From Hyaloraphidium curvatum SAG 235-1 (Eukaryota; Fungi; Monoblepharomycota): DNA of 64,000 nt. The stretch's first letter is position 1. Every line of letters begins with the position of its first letter. Positions 11,270-25,637 of this stretch are shown in pieces. The notes under the pieces are model-generated. The model searched no databases, was not told the DNA's origin, and saw only the letters and a program-made list of their open reading frames with translations. The stretch is taken from the NCBI GenBank assembly GCA_025558095.1, contig JAIVFI010000015.1, positions 685,588-749,587 on the forward strand, given 5' to 3'. The translations under genes were made by a program, and so were the position numbers.

Positions 11270-11339
11270 ACAGCCCAGGTTCAGGTCGCGTCCGCGTTCC
11301 CATGGGGATCGTTTCGCGCCGCGCCTTCATGCGGGCCGT
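11270..11339 (-). promoter_or_regulatory. SECIS element (type II) in the TGR 3' UTR
   Basis: Minus strand acggccc-gc-ATGAA-ggcgcggcgcg-AAA-cga-tccc-cat-ggga-a-cgcggacgcgacc-TGAA-cct-gggctgt: helix I, GA/GA core, helix II, unpaired AAA and apical mini-stem. Confidence 0.85.
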
Positions 11340-11471
11340 TGCCGTCCGCCTTCCCACCCGGAGCACAACGTACGGTTCTCGGAACGGAGGATACGGGCAA
11401 CTCGTGGATGCCGCGGAGCCGGAGCGGTTTAGCCTGCGATCGGTGGATCGCAAAGCCTCACTCGCTCCGGC

Positions 11472-13933
<2,462 letters not shown>

Positions 13934-14074
13934 TAGCACATCGTCCGGCCGGACGATGTGGTCCCTGCGTGCGGCGGCCCGGTCCGGTGGTTGTCCCGCT
14001 TTCGTCACGCAATCAACGGCCGCTCGTTGCTGGCAGGCGAAGCACATTTCCGACCTCCTACGACCTCTGATCCA

Positions 14075-14835
14075 TCATCCACCCTTCTTTCCAACTATCT
14101 TGGCTATCGTTGCCTCGAGTCCCTGGAGGTGCCCCAGCGAGTTGAGCAGCAACCTCCCCTCGCGATCGAACAGGTAGTAGTGGGGCGTCCCCTTCGCTTC
14201 GAACTCGACGAAGGTCTTCGGCACGAGCGACCTCTGCTTCGCCAGCTCCTTCATCGCCCCCTCCAGGCTCCCCGGATCCCCCCTGAGCACCTCGATCACG
14301 CGGGGATCCGCGCCCTCCCTCTCGAGCGCCTCGAGCATGTGCCGCGGCTCGAGGCCCTCCAGCTCGTCCACGCAGACCGGGAACGTCAGCTTGAATCCAG
14401 GTATGACGACCCCCTCGTCGCGTGCTTCGGGACCCGCCGCGGCCTCGGCCGAGTCTCCAAACACCCTGCCCTCGGCCAGCAGCGCCCGCAGGCCCTCCTG
14501 GGTGTTGAGCTCGAAGTCCTCGAACGCCGTCGAAATGCCGATAACCGAAAAGTCAGGCCCCGAGAACCGCTCGTGCAGCTTCTGCGCGATGGGCAGAGCG
14601 CGGAACACGCAGCCGGGGCAGTTGACCTGATTGTACGGGGTGACCAGCGACGGAGGGGGACAGTACAGCCCAGGGAGAGCAAAAGCGGTCAGCGATGGAG
14701 GGGAGGGCAGCCCCGCGGGAGCGGAGAACCGACCTGGAAGAACACGAGCAGCACCCCGCGCCCCGCGGCGCGCTCGGCGGCGAGAGTGGTGGGCGCGCCC
14801 TGCGCCCACAACGACGCGCGGATCTCGAGGTCCAT
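14075..14835 (-). CDS. Thioredoxin-fold redoxin (TlpA/AhpC-TSA-like) with CPGC
   Basis: LLVFFQ/VNCPGC across intron 14627-14733; VIGISTAFE, FPVCVD and GTPHYYLFDREG. Confidence 0.82.
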
Positions 14836-15490
14836 CGTCGCGCTACGGCGAGGAGAAGCGTGAAACGTGCGTGGAGTGTTTGGAGAGCGGCACGCGCGGG
14901 GATGGCGGCGGTGCGGCCGGCGGAAACGGAATGCCCGCCGGCCTCCGCTCGCGCGGGATGCGATGCAGAAACGGATGCCGAAACAGCGAAGATGCGCGGA
15001 AGAAGCGGATGAGGATTCGTTCCGGGGGCGGACCGGGCGGGCGGACGGACGCATCACCCGGTGAGAACCCGAAGCAGACGGCCCGCGCCGGTGCCCGCTT
15101 GGCTGCGGACGGGCCACCCTGGACATGGCTGCCTTCGTCCATCCGCTCGTCTGCTCGAAGGTCGGCACCGGCCAGCGGCACAAGCCTTTCGTGATGCACC
15201 TTCGCGAGCCTGCCGGCATACCGAGTAGGACATGCTCCCTTCCCTCCGCGAAAGCCATCTCGACTTTGCCGATGCCACAATGGGGGCCATAGCCGCCCGG
15301 AGGCGCACTTCTCGTGCCGGCACTGGGCCCGGCGGCGGGCCCGTTCGGCGGCCGCGAAGGCTGTCCTCCGTCCCCCATCTCGCGGCGGGACCAAAGTCCC
15401 GGACAGGCGGACCGCAGCGGCGACCGGGAGGCAAACAAGCATCGTGTTGCGGCTCATCACCAGCCAGCGTTCTCCCGGCTTCCCTCGCCA

Positions 15491-15733
15491 TCACTGCTCC
15501 GTCTTGGTCTCGCCTTTGGCCGCCGTCAGCACCCCAGCCCCTGCGGCACGCACGCATCACCCACGGACGGCAAAGTACCACACGTCGAACGCGCCCATCG
15601 CCCCCACGGCGGGCCAGAACCACGCCTTCTTGGTGATCCCCTTCAACATGCCCCCGGAAGGGGCGGCGGGGGAGGCGGTGGTGGTGGTGGAGGCGGCGCG
15701 GCGGGCGAGCATCATCGCGGCGCGGGGAGGCAT
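15491..15733 (-). CDS. Small (~63 aa) putative mitochondrial single-pass protein
   Basis: MPPRAAMMLARRAAS...KKAWFWPAVGAMGAFDVWYFAV, GTGGGT donor, GCTGAC branch point, AAG acceptor, then ETKTEQ-stop. Confidence 0.5.
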
Positions 15734-16947
15734 CTTCGTCTCTGTGTTGCGGGGTTGTTTCGATCCGTTGCGTTGATGGTGGTGGTTGCAGGCGATCGCC
15801 GCGGGGCCGTTTTCTGGCCGGGGGGCGAAACTCCGGCGCGGACGGAGGATCGGGGGGTTACTCCGCTGCCCGTGCGCGGCGGAGCGGGGATGTTCCGCGG
15901 GCCGCGGATCGGGACGGGAAGTTCCGGGACGCCATACGCGGGGAGGTTTCTTCCGAATTCGGCGGGAAGGCGGTGGCAAGGGCGCGAAGCGAGGGGGTTG
16001 GAGAGTGAGGTGGCTTCGAAGGGCGGGAGGGCGGGAGGGGACGGGACGGGGCGGAGGCGCGCCCGGGACCGCAGCGGGATCGAAATGCACGTTGGGAGCT
16101 TCGTTCGGTGAGCTTTATTTAATTCTCCTTCCGGGCCGGGTCGGTCCTCGCCCCCGAGGCGCCAAGGGCAGGTGCCGTGCGGGGCAGGTGCCGTTGCGCA
16201 CCACCCGCGGGGAGCGCGACGGCGGACGGGGCAGCGGAGGGCCGTCCGGGACATCGGGGTATCGGCACTGCCGTCCTGCGACGGGCCCGCGGGGACTGGT
16301 TGCCGGGGATGGCCGTACCGCGCGGCCGACGCCGCGAGTCGGTCGTGGGCTTGGTCAGCTCCGAGGGGGGGAGCCTTGGCCGCAGCTCGCGGTCGGCTTC
16401 CGTGTCCCCATCGGCGACCGATCCGAGTCCCGAGGGCGAGGGGGGCGCGGATCGGATCTCCCGGGCGGTTCCGTTACCCGCTACGGTGGTCAGACCGACC
16501 CGCGTCGGGAGGGCGGTCGGTGGTTGGGCGGGCGGCGCCGCAGCAAGTTTCGCTGCGGCGGCCGGCAGGCGGACTCTCCGGTAGATTTCCGGTGCGATGG
16601 CGGGGTTGCGGACGGCGGGCTGCGAGCGAGCGCGCGCTGTGTGCGAGGCGGGAATAATCGCCCTGGGACTTGTAAGCAAGGATCGCCTTCCCTGTTGGGA
16701 AGATAAGGGGGGATCTTCCACAGACGGCGCGAATCGCGGTTACCGCCATCCACGAACAAAAATTCGAGCATCATGCAGCCGTTCCGTGAGCGTTTGGCGG
16801 CGGTCATCGCTCCCCGCCCCCGGCGATGAGCAATCGAAGCGGAGCACGGCTGACGTCACGGTGGTCCAGGCTCGCCTGCCGCACCCGCTCCCCCACTGCG
16901 GAACACTCCGCGGAAGCGCGCGACCGACCACCGCTGCCGTTCCCGCG

Positions 16948-18215
16948 ATGGACGGCGGCCACGTCCGCACGCGCACGGCGTCGTCGGGGTGGTGCCCGCC
17001 GGCGGCCCCGCCGTTCCCCGACCTCTTCGGCGGCTCCGTCGACTCGCTCGACTCGGCCGTCGCGCTGGGCGACTGCGGCAGCGCCGTGTTCGCGCACGGC
17101 GAGGCGCGGCGGCGGCGGTACAGAACAATACGGACCGTCGGCGCCGGCTCGGAGGCCGTGGTGCGCGCGGCGCTGTGCCTCGACGACCACCGGCCGTACG
17201 CCCTGAAGGTGGTCACGAAGGCCCCCGCGCCCCCGGGCTCGCCGCACGCCCGATCGCCGTCGTACGAGGCGGCGCTGGCACAGCGGGACAAGCTGGGCGA
17301 CGACCTGCGCCGCAAATTCGACGCCGTGGCGTGCCTGAAGCACCCCAACCTGCCCGCAATGGTCGAGCACTTTGAGACGCACGGTGGGTCGCACGGCGGC
17401 CGGCCCCCATCGGGGATGCTGGGGGCATGGTCTGACGTTGTTTCTGCCCTGCTACCTCCTTCCTGCGGTTGGCAGACAAGTGCTACACCGTCATGGAGCT
17501 CTGCGCCATGGACCTCACCCACTGGGTGCACTCCCGCGGCCGCCCCACCGAGGCGCAGCTCCGCACCATCCTCACCGCCGTCCTGCGCGCCCTCGCCTTC
17601 CTGCACTCCAAGGGCGTCGCCCACCGCGACCTCAAGCCCACCAACGTGCTCCTCCGCTCCCCGGACGACCTGTCCACCCTCTGCCTCACGGACTTCAACG
17701 GCATCCACGTCGGCCCGGCCGTGCCGATCGCCAAACCGGGCATGTCCACACTCGTGGGCACCCCGTTCTACCTCGCCCCCGAGGTCCTCCGGGGCATCTC
17801 CTACTCGGCAAAGGTGGACTGCTGGGCCGCGGGGGTGCTCGCCTTCGAGCTGGCCTGCGGCACCAGCCCGTTCGGGGACTCGGGCAACTTTGCCGAGCTG
17901 TACGCGCGCATCGGCGCCTCGCGGTGGTCCTTCCCGCCGGGCGACTATTCCCCCGAGCTCCGCGACTTTGTCGCCTGCATGCTCCGGACCGACCCCAACT
18001 CGCGCCCCTCGGCCGACGAGGCCCTGCGGCACCCTTTCCTCTCCCCCGCGCGCCCGGCGCTCCGCCGGGCCAACTCGGGGCACGCGGTGGCGTTCGTCGA
18101 CGGCGAGCTGAGGCTGCTCGCGGCACCGAGCCCGGCGCTGGGGCCGACCCGGAGGACGGGGCTGGGGACGATGGACAGGGTGCGCAGGTTTTTGGGGAAG
18201 GCGCCGACGGCGTGA
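16948..18215 (+). CDS. CAMK-like Ser/Thr protein kinase (paralogue 1, DFN)
   Basis: VGAGSEAVV, YALK, HRDLKPTN, TDFN, GTPFYLAPE; one intron near 17404-17475 or 17384-17475. Confidence 0.88.
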
Positions 18216-19003
18216 ACGATGCGCGGGGAGGCGGGCCGCGCATGGAATGCGGCCGGGTGGGATGCAGTGGATACCCTCTGTCTCGTGTGGACTTTCTCCC
18301 AATTGATGCCTGGAGAACACGCGAAAACATCGAATCCTCTCCCTTGGCCATCTTCCCAGGTTAGGGTTGGAATGCCTCGGGGTCCACGCTCCGCCAGAAC
18401 GCCACGTCGGTCGGTCGGCCCCGTCCCGCCCCAGTCCCGAAGATTCCGCACGTGCACCCTCGTCCGCGGAAGCGTCGTAAGACGGGTACAGCAGGTTTGG
18501 AGTCCCCGATGCCAAAACCTTGGCCAAGTGCACCCAGGAAGGCCAGCCCACAGGCGCACCAGGTTCGGAGCGGAGACCCTCACGAGGGCAGCGGACGCGT
18601 CCCCGTACATGTGGTCGGGTCCGCTGGCAGAAAGATCCCGTACCAGTCCCGCCCTGCGCGGGTCCGCGGCGACGGCGCGCGCTTCGTCGGGATGCAGGTC
18701 CGGCGGCCGCATGCGGACGCGGCCGGGGGCCCTTCTGCAGGGGGCACCCGTGCGGAGTCATGTTTCTCCGTGCCCATCGCGGCAGATGGAATTGAGCGGC
18801 TTGGCGGCGCGAAGCGTAACGCTCAAGTTGCAGTTGGGAGGCAGACCTCTGAGAGGCCGTTCCGCACGGTCTGCCGGAATCGGACCCCCATCCAGCCTTC
18901 CCCATCGGCCGCCCGGCAAGCCGCCGCAGGCCTCCGCCGCCGTTCATACTTGTTCATAGGACATCGCTTGCGGTCTCCGAGCCGCATCGGCCCCTCCGCC
19001 GCG

Positions 19004-19309
19004 ATGGCCACCCCCGCCGCCCCGCCCGGCCCCCTCAAGATGCCGCTCTCCCAACCCCAATCGTCTGGCCCCGCCTCGCCCGTCTCCCCGCCGCCCACCG
19101 AAATCTTCCGCTCCGAGCGCGCCGAGCTGTTCCTCCGCACCGCGACGGGGAGGGCCGAGATACCCACGCGGCGGGGGAGCCAGGCGCAGGGCGGCGCGGG
19201 CACGGGGGACAAGAAGCCCGCCGAGGAGGGGGCAAAGGGGTTCTTCATCTTGGGGGAGCTGGCGAGGCGGTTCTCGGGGAGCGCTGCGCCGCCGGCACCG
19301 CAGAAGTGA
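19004..19309 (+). CDS. Hypothetical 101-aa protein
   Basis: ATG in GCG-ATG-G context, coding-like GC3 pattern, RRGS and RRFS motifs; no recognisable domain. Confidence 0.4.
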   Translation: MATPAAPPGPLKMPLSQPQSSGPASPVSPPPTEIFRSERAELFLRTATGRAEIPTRRGSQAQGGAGTGDKKPAEEGAKGFFILGELARRFSGSAAPPAPQK

Positions 19310-19646
19310 CCGCCTCCCAAGGGGGACATTCGACTACCGTTCCGAAGGAGCTGGACTTGATTTGCTAGGGATGACGACACGGAAAGGACGCTCTCCGACA
19401 CGGGATTCGGACTACCATCAGCTTGCCATCGTTTGAGGGCTCCGCGGGCGGGGACGGGGACCGCCGCCGCGGGGAGTGTAGCCCGCCATGTAGTTTCTGC
19501 CATCGGACCTGCCAACAAGGACTGCCGTTGTGTACCTCGTGCCGCCCTCCTTTCTTCTGCCTGTCCGTCGTGCGTGCCGTCGATTGTAGCCGATACATGC
19601 TCCTCATCGCATTTTATTGGTATCTATGCCCCCTCGTCCAATTCCC

Positions 19647-21458
19647 TCAGAGCAAGAACGCCGCAAGGGCACCCAGCAGCGCCGCAACCCCCACCGCCGC
19701 CCTCCCCGCCGCCCCGCTCGTCGACGTGGTGGGCGTCACCTGCGTCAGCGTGCCCGTCGCCTGGACGCGCGAGCTGGTCGCCGCCTCCGTGGTGGCCGCC
19801 GCCGTCGGCACCGCCGCGCTGGTCACGATGCTCGAAAACGCAGCGGGAACGGTGGTCTTGACCGGCACCCTCGTGGTGCGCGTGCTCGCCGCGGGCCGGC
19901 CCCAGTTGGGATCGTACGCGACGTAGTCGCCCTCCGTGAGCGCCGTGTGCTTGGTCATGTTGGGCCAGCGGCCGTAGGGCTCGTAGTAGGTCTCGGGGCG
20001 GGAGCGGGTGGCAAAAACGAGGTTGGGGTTGGTGTGCAAGGAGCGCTGGAAGGCGGCGGTGACGTTGGGGTGGTCCTGCGAGGGGCGCGGCGGTCAGTTT
20101 CCCAAGGGACAGGGCGGCGGGGGCAACGTACGATGCTGGCGCTCATAAAGTCGCGGAAGGTGGCCTCCTCGTGCTTGATGTGCTCGAAGAAGGAGGCCAG
20201 GTACATGGCCGGGAACTCCTTCTTGGCGTCCCAGATCTGCTTCCACCACTGGGTCTTGATGGCCACCTCCCCGACGCCCTGGTCTAAAAACACGTGCGTG
20301 GCCACGGCGCTCTCGGCGACCGCGAATGCCTTGCTACGCGGGGGCTCGCAGAACATGGCGTAAAAGTCCCTGGTCCCCTGGTCGTTCCTCCCGCGCACCA
20401 TGTCGACGAACTTGGTCTCGTACGGCACCACGTTCTCGAGCCACGGGTACTGGATGCCGTAGTGGTAGATGCTCATGCCGACCGTGTCGACGTACTCGTC
20501 GCCGGGGTAGTACGGCATGTACGGGTCGTCGTCGCCGTCCAGCCCCTCGGGGGCGTTGGTGTCCATCTCCGACTCCCACGGCTTGCCCTGCCCGCAGTAC
20601 TGCGAGCCGCCGCAGAAGGGGTACCCCTGGATCGAGTTGACGGCCCACATCATGTCGGTCTGCCTCGCGATGGGGTCGGCCTTGATGGCGTTCCACACCG
20701 CCATCCACATCATCTTGAAGTAGGAGGGGTGCTGGCCGTACGAGAACCAGGTGCCGTTCATCTCGGGGGCGAAGCGCAGGATCATCTTGCGGCCAGACTG
20801 GATGACCTCGCGGCAGAAGGCGACCAGGTCGTCCAGCGCGGCCTCGGTGACGACTTCCCAGCCCTTGAAGGGGTACACGGTGAGGTAGAACGCGGCGCTG
20901 AACGGGGAGCGAGAACGGACGGTCAGCGCAGGCTCCGCCAATGGGGAGGGGGGCAGACGACGCACTCGGTGCCGGTGGCGATGACGCCCTGCAGGAAGGG
21001 CCTGGGGTCGGGCAGCAGCACCCTCTCGATCTCGATGTTGTACTGGAACAGGCTGGGGTTGGCCTTGACCCTCCCGGCGTAGATGCCCGGGCCGTCTGCG
21101 CACGTGCGGCGGGTCAGCTGGACGCATCGCGGCAGCGGCCGATCGGCCCACCCCAAATCTCCTCGTAGTACTGGATCCACGGGCCCCAGAGCACGCCCGA
21201 GACGTTGTACGTGCCCATGTTGGTCTGGTTCATGGCGATGCCCAGCGGGGCCGGCGGCCTGCTTGCGCCGGCGAGCGTGCCGTTGGCGACGGCGTTGGGG
21301 TCGCGGGCCTGCCGCCGCTCGCGGACGAGGGGCACGTCCGCGGCGGAGCCGAGCCCGGCGAGCGCGGCGGCGGCGCCGAGCGCGAGCACCGCGCCGAGGA
21401 GCAGCCTGCGCCCGGCGGGCTGCGCGGGCGGAGGGGCGGGCTTGGCGGGGGCCGCCAT
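19647..21458 (-). CDS. Glycoside hydrolase family 26, secreted, probably GPI-anchored (multi-exon)
   Basis: ILRFAPEMNG (acid/base), YYPGDEYVD.VGMSIY, AVAES (nucleophile); N-terminal hydrophobic signal, Ser/Thr-rich stalk and hydrophobic C-terminus. Confidence 0.87.
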
Positions 21459-21985
21459 TTTGCCGTGTGCCGCGGCGAGATGTGCGCGGGATGTGGGCGC
21501 GGATTGGGCGGTTTGTTTGGCCGCCGCGGGAGGCGGTGTTGCGCTTCGGCCGCTGAGGGCCCCTAAACCAGCCGGCGGAGTATGCCCGCAACGCCTCTGG
21601 GACCCCCAAACCGTGCGTGGGGGACCGCGGGGCATTGCGTGGGGAAGGCTGCGACCGTCGGGCGGGAAGGAGGCGGTTGCCGGACGGGAATGCACCGCGG
21701 GGTCGGCCTTTCTTCGAGCTGCTCCAGGACTTCAAGCAGCTCGCCGCAGCAGACCCATCATCATACTTCCCCGTGTCCATCGCAGTACATGTTGTCCAAA
21801 AGTTGAAGTAACGGCCCGATGCAACGATCGGACCGGGATTCGGTGCCATGGACCCCGCCGACTTCCGACACCCACATCCAGCCGATGCCTTCCACGACGT
21901 AGCAAGATATCGCCTGCCTATGTACATTCGCGGCTACATTGCCTTCTTACTGGTATACCCTCGCCCCTCTGCGCCGCTCCGGACC

Positions 21986-23308
21986 TCACGCCACGTCGTC
22001 CGACCGCGACTTCCACACCGTGGTGTGCGGCACCTCCCACCCCTCCTCGAACCTGAGCTCCCCCGTCCCCGCATCGAACACCACCGGCACTCCCGACGTC
22101 CTCCGTCGCCTGGGAGCGGCGAGCCAAGGGTGCGCGAGGGCCTCTTCGGCGGTGGGCCGGGAAGCGGGGTCCGCGCGCATCATCGATGCGACGAAATCCC
22201 GCAGGCCCGGGGAGCCGAGGCCGGGCGGAAAACACCAGTCCGAGTCCGCTATGCGGGAATAGAGGTCCAGGAAGCTCGACGAGTTCTCGAAGGGGGTAGT
22301 GCCGAATGCCAGCTGGTACGCCAGGCAGCCCGCCGCGTAGACGTCCACGGCGGGGGAGTATGCGTCGCCCGCGACCAGCTCCGGGGAGAGGTAGAAGGGC
22401 GTGCCGACGAATGTTTTCATCGGAAGGGGGGTGGATTTGTCGCTCTCGGCGCCGACAAAGGCGGCGTCGAAATCCGCGAGGAAGAGGTCGGTGGGGTCGT
22501 TGGGGGAGCGGAGCATCACGTTGCCCGGCTTGAGGTCGCGGTGGGCGACCCCGCGGGAATGCAGGTGCGCCACGGCGCGGAGGAGGGGGGTCATGACGGC
22601 ACGGAGCTCGTCCTCGGAGAGGGGCCCGCGGTCGCGGAGGTAGCTCTGCAGGTCGCAGGCGCCGAGCTCCATGATGGTATAGAACTGCAAGCGGGCAACG
22701 GAACATTTCCACCCGTCAGCAATCGTCGGCAATCCGCTGCGAGGGCAACGCACCTTGTCCTCGGTCTCAAAGTGCTCGACCATCTCGGGCAGGTTCTTGT
22801 GGCGCATGGCCGCCACCGCATCGAACCTCCTCCTCAGGTCCCTCCGCATCCTCTCGACCTCCTCCGCCACGGCATCCCGCTCCGCCTGCGCCGCCCCGGA
22901 AGCGACGTGCGGCTTGTGCGCCACCTTCATCGCGAACGTGCGGCCGCTGTCCGCTGCCACGCACGCCCGCACGGTGCCGTCGGTGCCCGACCCCAGCGTG
23001 CGGTAGCACCGGTAGTTCCTCCTGCGGGAGCGGCCGTGCGAGTAGAGCGCCGCCAGCCGCGGGTCCGGGGGGCGGCCGTTGGCGTCGGCCGACCGGGGGG
23101 TCGGCGGCAGGGACGGGGAGAAGGAGGGGGAGCCGACGGCGTCGGGGTACGAGGAAAAATCGTAGGTGTCCCGGCGGTTCGCGGGGAAGTCCGACGGGCG
23201 CAGGGGAGGAGTGAGGGGCGGCACCTGCGGGCGCGGGGCCGAGGGGAGGGGGGGCGGCGCCCACGCCGGGGACGGGTCGCCGCGGAGCAGCCCGGCGTAG
23301 AGTGCCAT
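21986..23308 (-). CDS. CAMK-like Ser/Thr protein kinase (paralogue 2, DFD)
   Basis: LGSGTDGTV, FAMK, HRDLKPGN, ADFD, GTPFYLSPE; in-frame 69-nt intron 22685-22753. Confidence 0.9.
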   Translation of the reverse strand: MALYAGLLRGDPSPAWAPPPLPSAPRPQVPPLTPPLRPSDFPANRRDTYDFSSYPDAVGSPSFSPSLPPTPRSADANGRPPDPRLAALYSHGRSRRRNYRCYRTLGSGTDGTVRACVAADSGRTFAMKVAHKPHVASGAAQAERDAVAEEVERMRRDLRRRFDAVAAMRHKNLPEMVEHFETEDKVRCPRSGLPTIADGWKCSVARLQFYTIMELGACDLQSYLRDRGPLSEDELRAVMTPLLRAVAHLHSRGVAHRDLKPGNVMLRSPNDPTDLFLADFDAAFVGAESDKSTPLPMKTFVGTPFYLSPELVAGDAYSPAVDVYAAGCLAYQLAFGTTPFENSSSFLDLYSRIADSDWCFPPGLGSPGLRDFVASMMRADPASRPTAEEALAHPWLAAPRRRRTSGVPVVFDAGTGELRFEEGWEVPHTTVWKSRSDDVA

Positions 23309-24134
23309 CGCAAGCAACGGCGCAGAACAATGGGCTGTTCGTTAGGTGAGGAATTGGTCGTGCCTGTCTTTGGAAGCGGGAAACCCGGTTCCCGAACAAG
23401 GACGCTGACAGAGGGTTTTTCAGGGATCGGGACCGAAGGTGACATCACCCGCGTTTCATTTGACTAACAGGAACCTCCGATTTCCTGCGGAACGACGGCT
23501 CCAACCGGCTCGGTAATCCTGCAGCCGGCTCCGCAGTCGCCCTCCGGTCCGCCCTGCGTCGGCTGCGTCCGTTTCCCGCCCGCCCCCTGGGACCGGTCCG
23601 GACGAGTCACCCCCGCCCTCTGTTCCAGGCCCTCCGCCGGGCACCCGCCCCCCGTCCCCTGCGGCGCTTCGGCGTCCACCCACCGTGCTGGTCGCCCGCA
23701 CCAAGCCTGCCGGATGCACACAAATGGCTTCGGCGCGCACCTCCGCACCCGATGGCGCCGCTCCGGCGCCGTTCCGTCCGCCCTCCGGCGCCGCGGGCGG
23801 CGGTGGCGGCGCGGATCTCGAGATCTCCGCCGCCGGCCGGACTTGGTTTAGGCGCCCCCGGCCGCGCGCGGATCTCGGATCCGGTGGCCCGGCGGGAACC
23901 GGCGTCCGCGGATGGGATGCGCGGCCGGCGGGGAGGTGGAGGTCGGACGGCAAGGCGGGCGGGTTCCGCGTCGGGGAGGCGGCCGCGCCAGGCGGACCCC
24001 CGGAGGACGGGGTTGGTCCCGGTGGTGGCGACCTCCGCGAAGTAGATGCATCCTTGCGGAAGCCAGAACGGCCGTGTTGCGCACTACCGCCGCCCGCCAG
24101 GCCCTCGTGCGCTCGTCCCCATAGCCCACGCCGC

Positions 24135-24833
24135 CTAGAGGCCCGCCCTCGCCTTGCCGGCATGAAAGTCATCCGGCAGCACCTCCCCCGACCCGCCGAT
24201 CTCCTTGGGGTAGTCGGCGAACTTGGGCAGCCCGTCGCGGACGTCCCGGATGCCGCTGGCGTAGAAGATGTGGCGCGAGGGGAGCCACGAGGGCTCGTTG
24301 GGGGGCGGGGGGAGGGAGAGGTCTGAGGCAAAGGGGGGGGAGGTGACGGCGGACATGTCTGAGGGTGGTGCAGGGTGCGAGGGCCCGAAGTTGGAGTCCC
24401 GAGGGAGAGCACGACCCAGGTCGGGGAGTCAAGCACCGCAACGACGTCCGGGCCGCCAGAGAGACCCACAGACCGACTCAATCTTGAAGTTTGCGTTGCG
24501 GAGAAACACGTTGCAACCGCACGTCTTGCACCAGAACCGTTCGATCGCCCCCACACGGTAAGACGCGAACGCGTCAGGCGTCTCCACCTCGAACGCGGGG
24601 GCGGGGTACTACCCCCCCAAAACACGTCCGTAACGCGCACGTCAGCCCCTTCCTCGCGCAAATCCCAAGGGGAGGAGAGAGGCGGGACCCACGGGGCAGA
24701 TGGTCGCGTAGTCCGCCCCCGCGGTCCTCCTGCAGGCCGTGCAGTGGCACAGCACCGTCCTCGCGGGCGGGCCGGGGAGGCGCAGACGCGCGGCGCCGCA
24801 TATGCACGAGGCGGCGTAGGGGTGAGCGGACAT
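24135..24833 (-). CDS. GFA/CENP-V (Mss4-like) zinc-binding protein (multi-exon)
   Basis: ASCICGA, CHCTACRR, RFWCKTCG and PSRHIFYASGIRDVRDGLPKF. Confidence 0.82.
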
Positions 24834-25111
24834 GGCGAAGGGGAAGGGGGGGAGCTGTGCCACCCGATGGGGAGCGGTGGGGATGTTGACGTCCGGCCAT
24901 CACCGCGCGACGGATGGAAATGAATCCGACCCGGAATCGCTCCCTGAGTGATAATGATGGAGCAGCGCAACGTATCAGCGACGCATCCCTGACCGGGCCG
25001 CTGCCGGCGCCGGAAACTTGCCTCTCAGAGGCGGACCTTGAGCTTCTGGACGGCCGCGAAGGCGCTGCCGTCCGTTGCTCCGGCTTTTCATCCGGCTGAA
25101 TTGGACTTTCC

Positions 25112-25582
25112 ATGGAGGACGTCGCGGAACGGGATCCGGGCGGATTGGCGCCCCGGGGGGACGCCGAGGTGCCGCTCGGCCTGCTGGACCTGCCGACCGA
25201 AATCGTGTACATCGTTCTGCGGGAGGCCCTCGGGGTCGCCGGTCACTCCGGCGTCCTCCGCTTCGCGCTGGCGGGCCGTAGCACCTACGACGCCGGCATG
25301 GCCGTCCTGTTGGGCTCCGGCGTCTTCCCCGTCCAGCCGCGCCGCCTCGCGGGGGACGAAGCGCGCGCCATCGCGGCGGACCAGCGCAGGGCGGAGCTGG
25401 TGCGGAGCATTTGTGCGCACGGCGGCGAGTTCGAGCTATCGAATGCGCTCGTCGGCCTCCTGGGGCGATCACGTTCATGGCAAGGTCGGGAGCGCGGGCG
25501 GGTGCATCCTCAAGTCTCCCGAAGGCCGCTTCATGTCAGGAACTGCGCAAGCAGGGAAGGTCCTAGGGTTAGGTTAGGTTAG
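25112..25582 (+). pseudogene. F-box-like ORF, apparently truncated at telomere-like repeats
   Basis: LLDLPTEIVYIVL F-box-like start; the ORF ends at a TAG supplied by the TTAGG tract. Confidence 0.45.
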
Positions 25583-25608
25583 GTAAGGTCAGGTCAGGTT
25601 AGGCAAGG
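25564..25608 (+). repeat. Interstitial degenerate (TTAGG)n tract
   Basis: taggg ttagg ttagg ttagg taagg tcagg tcagg ttagg caagg; same unit and orientation as the terminal array. Confidence 0.9.
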
Positions 25609-25637
25609 GGTCGGTGAATAAATCACTTGTTCCCGTG

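Noticed and set aside
22685-22753. Apparent insertions in kinase domains (also 49714-49776)
   Set aside because: They are in-frame, stop-free GT-AG introns rather than protein inserts or inteins.
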